DNA of 54,173 nt from a virus (lineage: Duplodnaviria > Caudoviricetes): positions 1 to 54,173 of the IMG/VR virus record IMGVR_UViG_3300013101_000011; one strand, 5' to 3'. Within the stretch, counting starts at the first letter, position 1; each line of letters opens with the position of its first letter. Below, piece by piece: positions 36,723 through 47,831 of this stretch. Made by a program: the position numbers and the translations under genes. The notes beneath the pieces are model-generated. The model made no database searches. It was not told where the DNA came from and saw only the letters and a program-made list of their open reading frames with translations.

Positions 36723-37057
36723 GTCGCGTACTTTTCAACGCGAGTTGGATACAAAGTGTTGCCACCGTTTGCCGCAGAAATGGCATCTTCAATCCAACGC
36801 ATACCATATGCCAATCTTGGCACAGCAAACTTTCCAATGTCATCGTCATGAACTGCAAAAAATAAATCAATGCGTCCACCAGGGCCGGAATCGTCGGGGT
36901 TGGTAGTTATTTGTTCCAGGTACTGCCCACGTGCTCCGAGATCCTCTAAGAGAAACTGTTCAAAGTCTTGTTCCTGACCTTCTTCAAGTGTTGTTCCGGG
37001 CCAAACACAAACCTGCGTATGCCCATCTGCCAATTGTACATTTTCAGTCTTGTTCAT
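36716..37057 (-). CDS. Hypothetical protein
   Basis: AGGAG SD; 113 aa. Confidence 0.65.
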   Translation of the reverse strand: MNKTENVQLADGHTQVCVWPGTTLEEGQEQDFEQFLLEDLGARGQYLEQITTNPDDSGPGGRIDLFFAVHDDDIGKFAVPRLAYGMRWIEDAISAANGGNTLYPTRVEKYATW

Positions 37058-37074
37058 TTCTTTCTCCTAGTAGT

Positions 37075-37150
37075 TGGGGGAATGGCCGGGACTCGAACCC
37101 GGGACCGGCGGAGTTAAAAGCCGCTGCTCTGCCAACTGAGCTACCAAACC
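37075..37150 (-). tRNA. tRNA with UUA anticodon (ochre-suppressor-like), mismatched acceptor stem
   Basis: 76 nt; canonical numbering gives GCGGC-TT[TTA]AC-TCCGC; U-U at 3:70 and 4:69; C73; CCA. Confidence 0.65.
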
Positions 37151-38292
37151 ATTCATTCTTCAAACTCGTGTTCGAATTCAATCTGTTCAAAAAGGTCATT
37201 GCGGTATTGATTTGGATCAAAGCAATGACGTCCTTTCAGATCTGTCGCTATCCACTTTTGACCATGATACTCTGACCGCTGTATGTTAAGAACGTGAACG
37301 TCTTTGTGAAACACTTCGTACCGTTCGTTCAATACATCGCCGGGAGGATCGTAGTGTACGATTGTTAGATCGCCACGCAGTTTAATAGTTAGATCAGTCA
37401 TCTCTTACAAACCTCGGTGTTATTTGGATGCATTTTGAACAACCAATAAAACCGTCGTCCCTAAGTTCGAGAGTGCCTGCATCTTCGTATGTTGGGCACT
37501 CGGTGCAATACATACCTAAATTATCAAATAGCGGGATGGCATGCTTTTCCCAAAAACTTGTGCCGCAATGTCCTTGGAGTTTTCCGTAAATGTCAACGTA
37601 ATGCTGAAAGCCGTGACTTAATCCAGGTTGCGGATTCTGCAATGTTTCGCCGTCAACAGGAGTGACCGGTATGTTGGAAACTCCTATTAAATAGTATTTA
37701 GTCATACCGTTTCCAAGTCTTTCTTGCAAGTAATTAAATGAGCAAAATACTTAGTGTCTTCATTGGCACTGTGTCCAAGTGGAAGATAATGATATCCGAA
37801 AGTATTCACTCCGCCGATATGTCCTGTATATTTATGTGGCGTTTCAGAATGGTAAATGTTACCAACATGAACGTCTACGAGGCGTACCTCGACCACTGTT
37901 TCGTAAGTAACCATATTCTCGTTACTCATTATCCTACTCCGAAGAATCGATCAGCTTCGTCTTGATCCATGGCCGATACTGCTTCAACAACATATCGGTT
38001 TAGACGATCAATCTCTCGTTGCTGGTCGCCCATAACAATTGAAATTGCTTCTTCTTTTGTGGCTCCCTGTGATTTCAGGAAGAGGATTTTCTTTTTCGCT
38101 TGCGCTTTTGCTGGGCTGTTGCTCATTTCGATTCCTTTTTGTCGAAGTCTTTAAAGACTTTCATCATTGCTTCTGCATACGCCACGGATATTTCCGCGCC
38201 AGGCTTTTCCATTAGTGCTTCGAATTCAACAACGAAGGCTGCCTTCATCTCTTTCAATTCGGGAAATCTTTTTTCTGTTTGCTCTGGGGTCA

Positions 38293-38625
38293 TTACACTG
38301 TCTCCCAAAGTTCAATGTAGATGCCGCCACCGCCTGCATAAACGCTATGGACTTCGAGGTCGAACTGTTTCATGCGTTGGGCAAGTGAGCGCCGAAGTGT
38401 TGATACTTCTGCGTCGGTTGGCTGGTAAGTAACGGCATTTGCAGGTTGGTCCCAATACGAACGACCTTTGGTATCATAAAAACAAGATTTGAATTTAAGG
38501 TCACGTTTGTTGGGCATTGTTTTGCGGCCAGTATAATCGTTGTAGGCTGTTCCATTCTCAGGAAACTTGTTGCCGAATGCAACTTTAATCGCTTTACGTG
38601 CTTCGCCTAACATTGACTTTTTCAT
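38293..38625 (-). CDS. Hypothetical protein
   Basis: ORF in the early-gene tiling. Confidence 0.55.
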   Translation of the reverse strand: MKKSMLGEARKAIKVAFGNKFPENGTAYNDYTGRKTMPNKRDLKFKSCFYDTKGRSYWDQPANAVTYQPTDAEVSTLRRSLAQRMKQFDLEVHSVYAGGGGIYIELWETV

Positions 38626-38906
38626 AACTTAGTGACCCGCGTTTGAGTTGAGTTCACATTCGATAGCGGCAGCCGCATCTTCTAACAAGTAAACAGCACT
38701 GGTTAAATTCAATGCAACGCCGCTAGCCTCGATCATTGCGAGTGCTGTCCTGATGTTGGCTGCTTGTTCAATCAGCTTCTGCCGCGAGCGTTGGATTGAT
38801 GCTGCGGCATTGTTGATTGCTTCTAAGTCTGTTAATACGTTCATGTATTGGTTGTCCTAACTGTTAATATACATACATTATACACGAGCCTACAATTTTG
38901 GGCAAC

Positions 38907-39362
38907 CTAATAATACTGCTTGGTTTCCTCATGATTCCACATACCAGTCCAATCGATTTCGTGGCTTGCCCATTCAGCATCCGCATGGCGAATAAACTCC
39001 GAAAAGAACAACGGTATAAATTTGCTGTAGTCTGGACGCGGATCCTCTAAAGGAAAACCGATCTCCTCATCTAAGAAGGAAGTTAGGTCTTGCGTGGCAT
39101 CATGGATGATGTTGTACATCATGGAATGATTTGTGTTGTGAACGCGAGGGGCACGTTCAATATCGAGGATACCAACTTTGCTAGCGACATACATGTACGA
39201 CAGCCTCAAGTGATGGTCTGCCTTCATTGCAGAGTTTTCACTCTTGTATGTGTTGGCCCTTAGGTATTGGAGAATGTCGCGTTCCATTAACATGAACAGC
39301 AACCATTCGGCCCTTTCTGCAGGGGTTAAATCAGCTTCGCGTATTAGTGTATTCATATGCAC
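38907..39362 (-). CDS. Hypothetical protein
   Basis: 151-aa ORF. Confidence 0.6.
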   Translation of the reverse strand: MHMNTLIREADLTPAERAEWLLFMLMERDILQYLRANTYKSENSAMKADHHLRLSYMYVASKVGILDIERAPRVHNTNHSMMYNIIHDATQDLTSFLDEEIGFPLEDPRPDYSKFIPLFFSEFIRHADAEWASHEIDWTGMWNHEETKQYY

Positions 39363-39394
39363 ATTTTACGCGAAGCTGAGGTTTAGAGCAACCT

Positions 39395-40132
39395 CTAATT
39401 AGATGTAACTTCGCTGTTGTCGACAGTATTAATTGTGACAGTGCCAGAGCTAGATTTGATAATGTTGTCTCCGACTATGTCTGGATTGTTTACAACAATA
39501 TCCTTTAAAGTATCAATACCTTCATTCAAATCAACCTTGTTGCCGGCCCGGTATGCTGTTGTGCTGCAAGTGAAGTTCGAATACGAATCTGCAAGTCCTG
39601 CAACATTGTTAGAGACCTTGAAACTGTTGTTCACATTCATGCCGTAGTCACGTGCATAACGCTTCGCATCAATTCCTGCACCTGCGAAAATAAATTCCCA
39701 ATCCTTCTTCTTACTCTTAACAAGCTTTTGAACATCTCTCTGGGTATATTCGCTGCTGTAGTTTTCATCGCCGTCTGTGTGGATAAGAACAATAGCTCGC
39801 TTCTTACTTTTTAGACGATCAATTGTTGAACCAATCGCATCATACATAGCTGTCATGCCACGTGTGAAATATTGGCGATGAGTTAACTTCTTCACCCTTT
39901 GTAAATTGACTTGATCATAAATTACTTCATACTCGCTGTCAAATTTTACTAGGGTAAGTTTTGCCTTGCCCGGAAGTTCTTGCTGCTCCTTAAGGAACTT
40001 GTTAAAATTACTGATAACATGTTCTTCTTGTCCGCCCATGGATGTTGAACAATCCAAAATGCAGATGATGTGTGTTGTCTTTGCTTTCTTTTCTTTTACT
40101 ATTACTTCTACTTCAATTTTATTGCTAGCCAT
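39395..40132 (-). CDS. von Willebrand factor A domain protein
   Basis: MIDAS residues ILDCSTSM, GMTAMYDA, TDG.EN. Confidence 0.85.
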   Translation of the reverse strand: MASNKIEVEVIVKEKKAKTTHIICILDCSTSMGGQEEHVISNFNKFLKEQQELPGKAKLTLVKFDSEYEVIYDQVNLQRVKKLTHRQYFTRGMTAMYDAIGSTIDRLKSKKRAIVLIHTDGDENYSSEYTQRDVQKLVKSKKKDWEFIFAGAGIDAKRYARDYGMNVNNSFKVSNNVAGLADSYSNFTCSTTAYRAGNKVDLNEGIDTLKDIVVNNPDIVGDNIIKSSSGTVTINTVDNSEVTSN

Positions 40133-40137
40133 TTTTG

Positions 40138-40524
40138 CTAATCCTCGAATTTAATCTTGCGGCCGAGTTCCCAACCCTCAGGTATATCATCAGTTATTCT
40201 TATTTTCTTACTCTTCTTTTCTGCGTTCGAAAAGATCCACCTTGTTCCGAATTGTGAATTTCCTTCGCCTGCTTGATATACTGAGTTGAGTGCTCCGACC
40301 ATTGCTCTTGTCTCCGCGAGCGTTTCGCTGCCCGCGACTGCATTAAACGTTGCCGTCGAGAGATAATTTTGAATCGTTGAATCAGTTGTAATCATAGTAG
40401 GATATAATTCCTCTATGTTATTATAATCTGCTAACGCTTCACCGTTTGCAACAGGCGCATCGGATACCAGGTACCGATCGTCGCCAACCTTGTTTTCAAT
40501 TTTATATAAAGTTATTTTGTGCAT
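40138..40524 (-). CDS. Degenerate Seg/GIY-YIG-related protein
   Basis: LYKIEN N-terminus and GEGNSQFGTRWI...EGWELGR tail; no intact YIG. Confidence 0.4.
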   Translation of the reverse strand: MHKITLYKIENKVGDDRYLVSDAPVANGEALADYNNIEELYPTMITTDSTIQNYLSTATFNAVAGSETLAETRAMVGALNSVYQAGEGNSQFGTRWIFSNAEKKSKKIRITDDIPEGWELGRKIKFED

Positions 40525-40602
40525 ATAGTTATTTATGACAAGTTCGATATAGTCGAACTTTTTTCTATCAAGTCGTACCCTCGAACCGACTGTATTTTCC
40601 TA

Positions 40603-41487
40603 TTACAGATTATCATTTTTCAATTTGCCTTGTTGGCCTAACCTTTCAATTTCCTCAAACTGGGCATCTCTTTGAGCGCGGAGGCCGAACATGCTTTCTA
40701 GGGAGTCCGAACGAATATATCCCCTTGCTAATAAATCGTCGTCGTTGAATGTCCTCGACGAAGTTAAATGTTCAACAATTATCGAAGACTCGATGTTTTG
40801 GCTAATGTATCCGAAGTGTGTTTTGCCAGGAGTTCGAAATACAGATGGCGGTTTTATAATGTAATTTCTAAATTCTTCCACGCCCGAATTCGGAAGCCAA
40901 TATGTTGCATCAGCATCATTCCTTGTAGTTAATATTTCTACTGCTCCTAAATTACGGTACATGTTAATGCTGTTACCAAATAAAAAGTCTATATCCTTTC
41001 GTTCTGTTAAGGCAGACTTAATTTCTGCAAAACAAGAATAAGGAACTATCTCATATTTTTCGTGTCCGAAAGATTTTAGTACATTTTCTAATTCGATAAT
41101 ACGCATTTGCAGATCGTCTACACCAACCCGCAATATTTTATCAGGATCGTAATTTGTTAGTTTTTCTAGTGTTCCGCCTGTTGTAGATACAAAACTGTCG
41201 AAGCCATGGTACAGCCAATTTGGAACATGTTTCCCGGGCAATGCTGTAGTCCAGTCTGGCCAACCGAGCGAGCTTGACCTTTGTTGCATTCTACGTCCTA
41301 CGTCCATTTGTCGCTCTGCTTCCCAGCCTGTGTAAACAAGAATGGTTTCATTGTAATTCATGAAGGTGTACGCAGTATCAAAACTGTCCATGTATTTTAT
41401 GTTGGCGTCTTTAATTGCGTCTTTTAATAAGTTTGCAATCAATTCAGACCTGCCCCCAGGCCGGCCTGCAACTAAAATGCTCGTCAT
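40603..41487 (-). CDS. Hypothetical protein
   Basis: 294-aa coupled ORF. Confidence 0.65.
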   Translation of the reverse strand: MTSILVAGRPGGRSELIANLLKDAIKDANIKYMDSFDTAYTFMNYNETILVYTGWEAERQMDVGRRMQQRSSSLGWPDWTTALPGKHVPNWLYHGFDSFVSTTGGTLEKLTNYDPDKILRVGVDDLQMRIIELENVLKSFGHEKYEIVPYSCFAEIKSALTERKDIDFLFGNSINMYRNLGAVEILTTRNDADATYWLPNSGVEEFRNYIIKPPSVFRTPGKTHFGYISQNIESSIIVEHLTSSRTFNDDDLLARGYIRSDSLESMFGLRAQRDAQFEEIERLGQQGKLKNDNL

Positions 41488-41783
41488 TATGTTCGGTGAA
41501 AATCTCGCGCTAATATTTCTATTAGAGCTGCGTCTTCGAGTAATTCGATGTTTGCGCGGATTCTAAGTATGATGTCGGGATCTACAGTAATGCCGATCAT
41601 TGCATTTGCAAGTTTATCCCTGAGGAATTCTATGTCGTCACTAGTTGGAACAACTCCTGACGCTCTAAGAGCAAGGATACCTTCTTCAATTTCTTCATCT
41701 GTTAATTTTATTGTCATGTGTGTTCCTAATTTATACCTCACCTTTAAACTGTGGTATACGGTTTAGGTGAGGTATAGGTCTTA

Positions 41784-42005
41784 CTAAGCTACCAATCTGC
41801 GGGATACCGCGTATGAAGTGGTGCCTACTGTATTTTTACGAGTGCGAACCCGAAATCCTTCTTCACGCAATTCTGACATACGTGCCGAAAGGTTTAAAAT
41901 ACCATATGTTGCTTCGGCTTGGGCTGGAGTCATCTCGCGGCCGGTGCCACGCAGATGCTTCACTAAGAATTCATTCTGCGGTACTGTTAAGTTTGTAAAT
42001 GACAT
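41784..42005 (-). CDS. Small winged helix-turn-helix protein
   Basis: MTPAQA...NLSARMSELREEG pattern; AGGAG SD. Confidence 0.7.
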   Translation of the reverse strand: MSFTNLTVPQNEFLVKHLRGTGREMTPAQAEATYGILNLSARMSELREEGFRVRTRKNTVGTTSYAVSRRLVA

Positions 42006-42871
42006 ATTATTGTCTCCTATATTTTTATTATTTTACGTACTACTGGCAAATATTTATACTTGTACCATTGTACTGAAGATATTTTTAACCTTCTTAGCTT
42101 GAGAAGCACTTTCTTTTTCGTTTCATATTTCCAACTAAGTTTACCGGTATGACATTCTAAACAATAAAAGAGCTGATAAGCCCGGGGCCAATCGGAACCC
42201 TTTCCAATGTTAGATCTAAACATCTCACGTGACGGCAGTTTTGATTTTTTATATGCGGCGTTGGTGAGCCTTATAAGGTCGTCTTTGTCTTTGCTGAGCT
42301 GGATCCAGATTATTTTGTTTAGCGGATCCCAGGCAGCCAATTCCCAATAACAAATATGAACTTTAAGGCCAGTTAAAAGCCAGATCCATAATGCCACTGC
42401 TTGGCGGGCTCGTCTATATGTAGTTCTAATCCACATCTGCAGATCCAATATGTCCGTATGGCAATAACTTCGCCGGTGATAAGCGATTTAAGAGTATATG
42501 AAGTTCCTTCAATGTTGTGCCTGTGCCAATGTATGTTTATTTTCGTAATACGGAGAACTACCGTAGCGAAAAGATCAAATACTGTTTCTTTGAATTTGCT
42601 TTCTATTTCTTTGTCCAGTAATTTATACATTATGATAATAATAACGTGGAGTTATTGCAATTTATTTGGTGAATCTCTCTACCCTGTGGTTTCGACCACC
42701 GACCAAACTGCGAACTGATTTAATTGCTTCTTTGTCGCTTTGTCCTACATCGTACAATGTTTTAGTTTTAGGAAATTTGTCCCAATTTACATCGTAGGTT
42801 ACAAGAATTCTTGAATCTTTATTCCTTTCGGGCTTGGGTTCTGGGATGGCAAATTCGGTTAACCTCATTAA

Positions 42872-43588
42872 TTATGTTAGACTCATTTCCCTATCTGCAG
42901 CATCAGTTTGAGCGTCAATCAATCCTTGTAGTTTGCCCATATTTCTTAGAACCTTGTATGCCAAGTTTTCAGTGTCGTATTCTCCACCTCGTTCCAGACC
43001 AGCTTCCCTCATCTTCGAGATTTTCTTTCTAAGTCTGGTGTAAGCTTCTTCATCCCTTAGCTCACCATTTACCAAATTGTCAATTTCTCGCTCTAAGAAT
43101 CTAACTTTACGATTAATCGCTTCGTTGTCGTAAGTTGGGTCGTCATGTGTCGGCTTAGTAATCCATTTGTCATCCTTAACACTGTATCGACCTAGGCTGC
43201 GATTTGTTAAGTCACTATGTTCTACGTAAACTTCAACATCAACTCCGCGGATGGCAACATCGTGCTTATTGTTCCAAACATTTTTAGTAGCTTTGAAATA
43301 CCTTGACGCCATTTCAGGATCTTTGAATAGGTCAATATTGGTTGTTAGGTGTAGGTCGGCATCGCTGTACGGAGTGTAATTATAATTGGCACTTGAACCA
43401 ACTAGCATTATGTCGTCGATGTCTAATCCTGGGACTCGGATGTCATCGAGGAAATTATTTGCAATGTTCATTAACGCATTGCGGACTTCTGGACGCATCT
43501 GTCCAGACTCATCAAATAGTTTTGGGTTTAGGGTGTCGTTATAGGCTATGTTCTTAGCCGCTAGATCGTCAAGTTCAAATAATAGCAT
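42872..43588 (-). CDS. Pol-beta superfamily nucleotidyltransferase
   Basis: GSSANYNYTPYSDADLH and VEVYV motifs. Confidence 0.8.
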   Translation of the reverse strand: MLLFELDDLAAKNIAYNDTLNPKLFDESGQMRPEVRNALMNIANNFLDDIRVPGLDIDDIMLVGSSANYNYTPYSDADLHLTTNIDLFKDPEMASRYFKATKNVWNNKHDVAIRGVDVEVYVEHSDLTNRSLGRYSVKDDKWITKPTHDDPTYDNEAINRKVRFLEREIDNLVNGELRDEEAYTRLRKKISKMREAGLERGGEYDTENLAYKVLRNMGKLQGLIDAQTDAADREMSLT

Positions 43589-43636
43589 ACTGTATTTATG
43601 CTATGTGGGTCGAACTGTGTCACTCATCTTTAAACA

Positions 43637-43945
43637 TTAGTCACACTCCTTTAATTCAAATTGAGAATGCAATATAGTTTCGTCGGCCTCGTTTCGTGTG
43701 TGATAACGGAAATTGTAATATCGGTCTTTTATCATCACTTTCCGATCAGTTAATATAAGACAAACAATATCGCCAGAAGACCACAGGTATTGAGATACCA
43801 GTTCCGCCCTTTCGCGCCTTTTTTCTTCTTTCATATCAGACAGGATGTTTACGATAAAAATTAACGTAATCACTATTGCAATCACTATCGCAATTTGACG
43901 AAGGTTACCTCCAACAATTCCTCCAAGCCTTTTAAGTCTGCCCAT
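43637..43945 (-). CDS. Hypothetical membrane-anchored protein
   Basis: TM helix then GD.VC...T...V and FEL..C, similar to 4115-4459. Confidence 0.55.
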   Translation of the reverse strand: MGRLKRLGGIVGGNLRQIAIVIAIVITLIFIVNILSDMKEEKRRERAELVSQYLWSSGDIVCLILTDRKVMIKDRYYNFRYHTRNEADETILHSQFELKECD

Positions 43946-45181
43946 TATTTCTTCTCCACGTGCTCTTTAGTTTCTAGCACAGATTTAATGAGCGCCACGT
44001 ATTCGTCGTGCTCATCATAATATTCATCCCCCGGTTGAAATGCCGGAAACGTCCGCCTAGATTTATACAGTGCAAGCAAACGCTGGGCAGTCAACTTCTC
44101 CAATTGTTCTTTAGTTAAGAAATTCATTTTAATCCCTTTTTGATTTTGATCATATCAGTTATAAACAAGAAACCATCGTACATAGCTTCGCCATACGGAT
44201 CGTCTTCATATTCGAGTATGTTGTTTTGGTCGTACCATTCCTCAGCCTCTTTGACCATTGCTAGGATTCTTTGTTCTTGTACTTCGGTCATTGGCGACCA
44301 CCTGGTGGAATAGAGTGGCACATATAAATGGTATCGTCGATCATAAAGCTTACCTTATCATCGCAAAATCCGGTTACTCTATCAAGTGCGTCATCAACTC
44401 CCCGTGCGTAAGAAAATAAGATACAAACACATAGCACGCCTGCACATATTATGCCAAAAACATGCGGGCGGGCCGATTTAAATAATTTCATAAGCTATGG
44501 CCTTTGTTATGTTTCGGGAGTGCATAATCCGAATCAGCTTCGTGTTTCTTTGTGGTAATGCATTCTCTCCAAACGTAACCTTCGCTGTCAGGCTCTCCGA
44601 GTATGACACAGGTTGTGGGTTTGTGGAAATCGTCCCAGGTAGTGATTTTGTTGTATTCTTGTATTCCCACCAAGATCAGCGCAATGACAGCGAAGCCATA
44701 AAATATCTTATACTTCATCTCCATCTTTCCGTACTTACTCACCCTTGCCACCTTTATCGTTTGCAATGTCTGCGCACAAGGCCTGGATGTCGTCGACTAA
44801 GAACTGTTTAGTTTCTTCTAGGCGTTCATGGTTGATAGGAACTGTTTTGTGAGCTTCCATGTAGTCGCAAAGGTGTTTAAGTTCGTCTGTCTTCTCTTCA
44901 ATGACATGGACCTTGTTTATTAAGTCGGCAACATTATGATACATGTCAATCCCCTTGTTTTTCACTGTTGGCAGTAGCAACACCAAATACCATCATGCTA
45001 GCTTCAAACCTGGTGTTGCGGTATTCCACATCGTCAATAATACGGATACGGTTTTGTTCCAGTCTCGCCATTAATCCTGCAGCAAGGTTCGGACGTTGCG
45101 ATGCCGCTAATGCCGTTGTTTGTATATCCAACGACAGTAGGGCAGCGATCTTGTCCGATTCGTTTGTTCCGATTGTAGCCA

Positions 45182-45469
45182 TTACCGAGTGTACAGGTAA
45201 TCAGGACGCTTGGTGATTTCTTTCAGTGCGTTAGGGGCCTTCTTTTTGTGCGCGGTACGCAGTTGCTTGGCCATTTTCGGATTGGTTCCGATCTTGCGCA
45301 GGTGTCCAGCTTTAAGGGCAATGCCAAATGTATCTGCATTGCCTGCAGCATAATAAACGCCTTCGCATGGAGAATGATCAAACTCTCCAAAAATAACATA
45401 AACACGCGGCGCCTGAGATTCATCGGCTTCCACTACGTCTCCAAATTGGTAAGGGTTATTGTAATCCAT
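45182..45469 (-). CDS. Hypothetical protein
   Basis: GAGGA SD; 95 aa. Confidence 0.55.
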   Translation of the reverse strand: MDYNNPYQFGDVVEADESQAPRVYVIFGEFDHSPCEGVYYAAGNADTFGIALKAGHLRKIGTNPKMAKQLRTAHKKKAPNALKEITKRPDYLYTR

Positions 45470-46329
45470 CGTTATTTCCTCTTCTATTAAAATTAATTTA
45501 TGGGCGCGTTATTGCGCTGATACAACCAACGATCAGGTAGGCAACAGCCCATGCTCCGCCCATCCAGGATAATGCTTTAACACTTGCTACAATTGCTGTC
45601 GGCCAGTCCATCGTTATTTCCTCTTTCTGTTTATAAAATAAAAATAAGTTAACCATCCGAACCACCCAAACAATGCTAGTGGTCCGAGTATAAAACACAT
45701 TAGGATTATTGTTTCAAATGCCATGTTTGCGATCGCAATCGCAGCGTCTGGCCAAGTTGATCCCGGTTCAGATATCATCATTATGTCCGGCGCAGTAAAG
45801 GGATCAACGTAAGACATTTATGCTCTCCAATTGAATCCAATTTCAAACCAGGGGGTAATATGAATAGCATACACTTTCGCGTCGGGTTTCTTGTTTGAAA
45901 TAGTCGATACGCTAACAAATAACAATAGTGGAATTATTTGAAAGATATTAGTTTGTAGATTCCCTTTGAATGTTTGCATTATACTTTCTCTCCTACTATA
46001 AACTGCCATCTGGCCAATCTGGATAGGCTGTGTTGTGGTTGTCGCAATACGCTTTCATCGCTTCCCAGGGGACCATTCCGCTCATTTTCATTATGCGAAG
46101 ATGTTCCTGCTCGTCTTCGGGTGTAGCGTCAATCATAAAACGTGTATGAATTGCTTCGAGTTGATCGAGTTGTGATTGTTCGAATTCGGTCATTATGCTA
46201 CTTCTCCGAAAATTCCTTCATAATCCTCAACTGCCTGGTTCGCTGCGAGCAAGGACCCGAGATTCTCGCGCCCCGCGGCCACCGCCGCCATGTATGCAGC
46301 CAACCAAATTTGTCTTTTGTTTATAGTCA

Positions 46330-47772
46330 TTATACTTTCTCGCCTGCTTCAAAACCTCTAAACCTTCTAAAGCGCGGGAACCTCAGTGACCAAACATCGC
46401 TACCTTCGCTCAGCGTCGGCTTGTCTGCGCGGACTTCAACAATCATTCCAATTTGGGAATCACCTGCGTCCCAAAAGTCCTGGCGTTCCTTAGCTTTAAA
46501 TCCGCCGCCGCAGTTAACTTCAATTTTGATCGTAGCGCCTGCAGGCATATCAATTGCCAGTGCAAGCTTTTCAGTAAGTACCAATTCACCTACACAAGTA
46601 AATCCGCCCAGGATAAATTCGTTCTTTGTTTCCGGCTTGCCGTTGTACAAAGCTTTAATGGCCAAGTCAACTTCAATGTAGGGCTTCATCTTCATCCAAT
46701 CCGGAGTACGCTTTAACCGGTACTTGGAGTTGATGTCCTTAAGCATGATGCCTTCTTTCTTAGCTGCAAGTGCCAAGTCGTTAATTTCCATCAACCTAGC
46801 TTGACCTTCGTCAGTGTCCAGATCAATAATTTCGTATGCAATAACAGCAAGGTTAGGAAATTCATCTTCAAACGAATCGCCCCAATGCTCTGCAATGTAA
46901 GCGTCCAGGAATTCCCTGCGCTCAAGTAAGGTCTGCGTAGATTCGCCCTTAATAAATTCCTTCAGGGGAAGCATGTCAAAAATGTTTAAGATGGCATCGT
47001 CAGTTTGGACGTTGCGCTTTCTGCGTACTTGGCGCATAAGGTCTTGGAATTCACCAGACATTATTTCTGCGTCAACAAGCATGTCTTCTGTGAAATGCAC
47101 TTTGAAACGTTCCAGCTGTTCAACAACCTGCGGGAAGTTTTCCATATCGCGACCGTTGCGCGAAGTTTGGCGAACTGCCTTTGCAATGTGAGTGTGTGAA
47201 AGTACGCGGACGCCGTCTAATTTAATGTCGACCATTTTCAGACCGTTCATATCTTGCGGACGTTTTTCGCAATCAACTGCAAGCTGGCAAGTCTCAACCG
47301 GAATGCTGTACGACAAGAAACCGTATTGTTCTGGCTCCGGCTTTTTGATGCCATCGTTTACTTGCAAGATGTGTTTTTCTGCTTGCTCAACACCTTTGTT
47401 AACTGTAGACTCCGAAAAGCCCGCTTTCATGTCTTGCATCAAAATGCGACGAAACCAATCGTCCCATTGTGCTTGTCCACTTGCCAACATTGTGTCATGG
47501 ATCGCATCACGTGCGGCATGACCTGTTAAATTACGTTGCTGGAGTTCATCGCAAAGGAAAACAAAGTCTTCCCATTCCAGCAATTGTTCATCGCTAATAG
47601 CGACAGTTGATTGCGGGATTTGCTTTACGCCGAAAGTGATTAAAGGATGCAGACCGAGGGTCAATCCTTCGAAAAATTGATCATTGCCTGCAAGAGCTTC
47701 GCGCTTCATAATAGCGACTTTGAAATTCTTGCTGTTGTCTGTGCTGATTTCTTGAATAAGTTTAGCTGACAT
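46330..47772 (-). CDS. ATP-dependent DNA ligase
   Basis: KLDGVR, DAEI, FD, EGIMLK, WMKMK and SLRFPRF motifs. Confidence 0.95.
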   Translation of the reverse strand: MSAKLIQEISTDNSKNFKVAIMKREALAGNDQFFEGLTLGLHPLITFGVKQIPQSTVAISDEQLLEWEDFVFLCDELQQRNLTGHAARDAIHDTMLASGQAQWDDWFRRILMQDMKAGFSESTVNKGVEQAEKHILQVNDGIKKPEPEQYGFLSYSIPVETCQLAVDCEKRPQDMNGLKMVDIKLDGVRVLSHTHIAKAVRQTSRNGRDMENFPQVVEQLERFKVHFTEDMLVDAEIMSGEFQDLMRQVRRKRNVQTDDAILNIFDMLPLKEFIKGESTQTLLERREFLDAYIAEHWGDSFEDEFPNLAVIAYEIIDLDTDEGQARLMEINDLALAAKKEGIMLKDINSKYRLKRTPDWMKMKPYIEVDLAIKALYNGKPETKNEFILGGFTCVGELVLTEKLALAIDMPAGATIKIEVNCGGGFKAKERQDFWDAGDSQIGMIVEVRADKPTLSEGSDVWSLRFPRFRRFRGFEAGEKV

Positions 47773-47790
47773 GTGGTGTTCCTAATTAAT

Positions 47791-47831
47791 TAATACGTGT
47801 ATTATACACGAATCTGTAGTCTGATCCTACC
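47791..47831 (-). promoter_or_regulatory. Phage early promoter
   Basis: GGTAGGAT...TGTATAATACACGTATTA. Confidence 0.7.

Noticed and set aside
40603-41487. TctC-like solute-binding protein
   Set aside because: Only a short PGG motif resembles it and there is no signal peptide; left as hypothetical.
41731-41778. Long inverted repeat as a mobile-element end or origin
   Set aside because: Single copy directly after a stop codon; more simply a terminator or processing hairpin.
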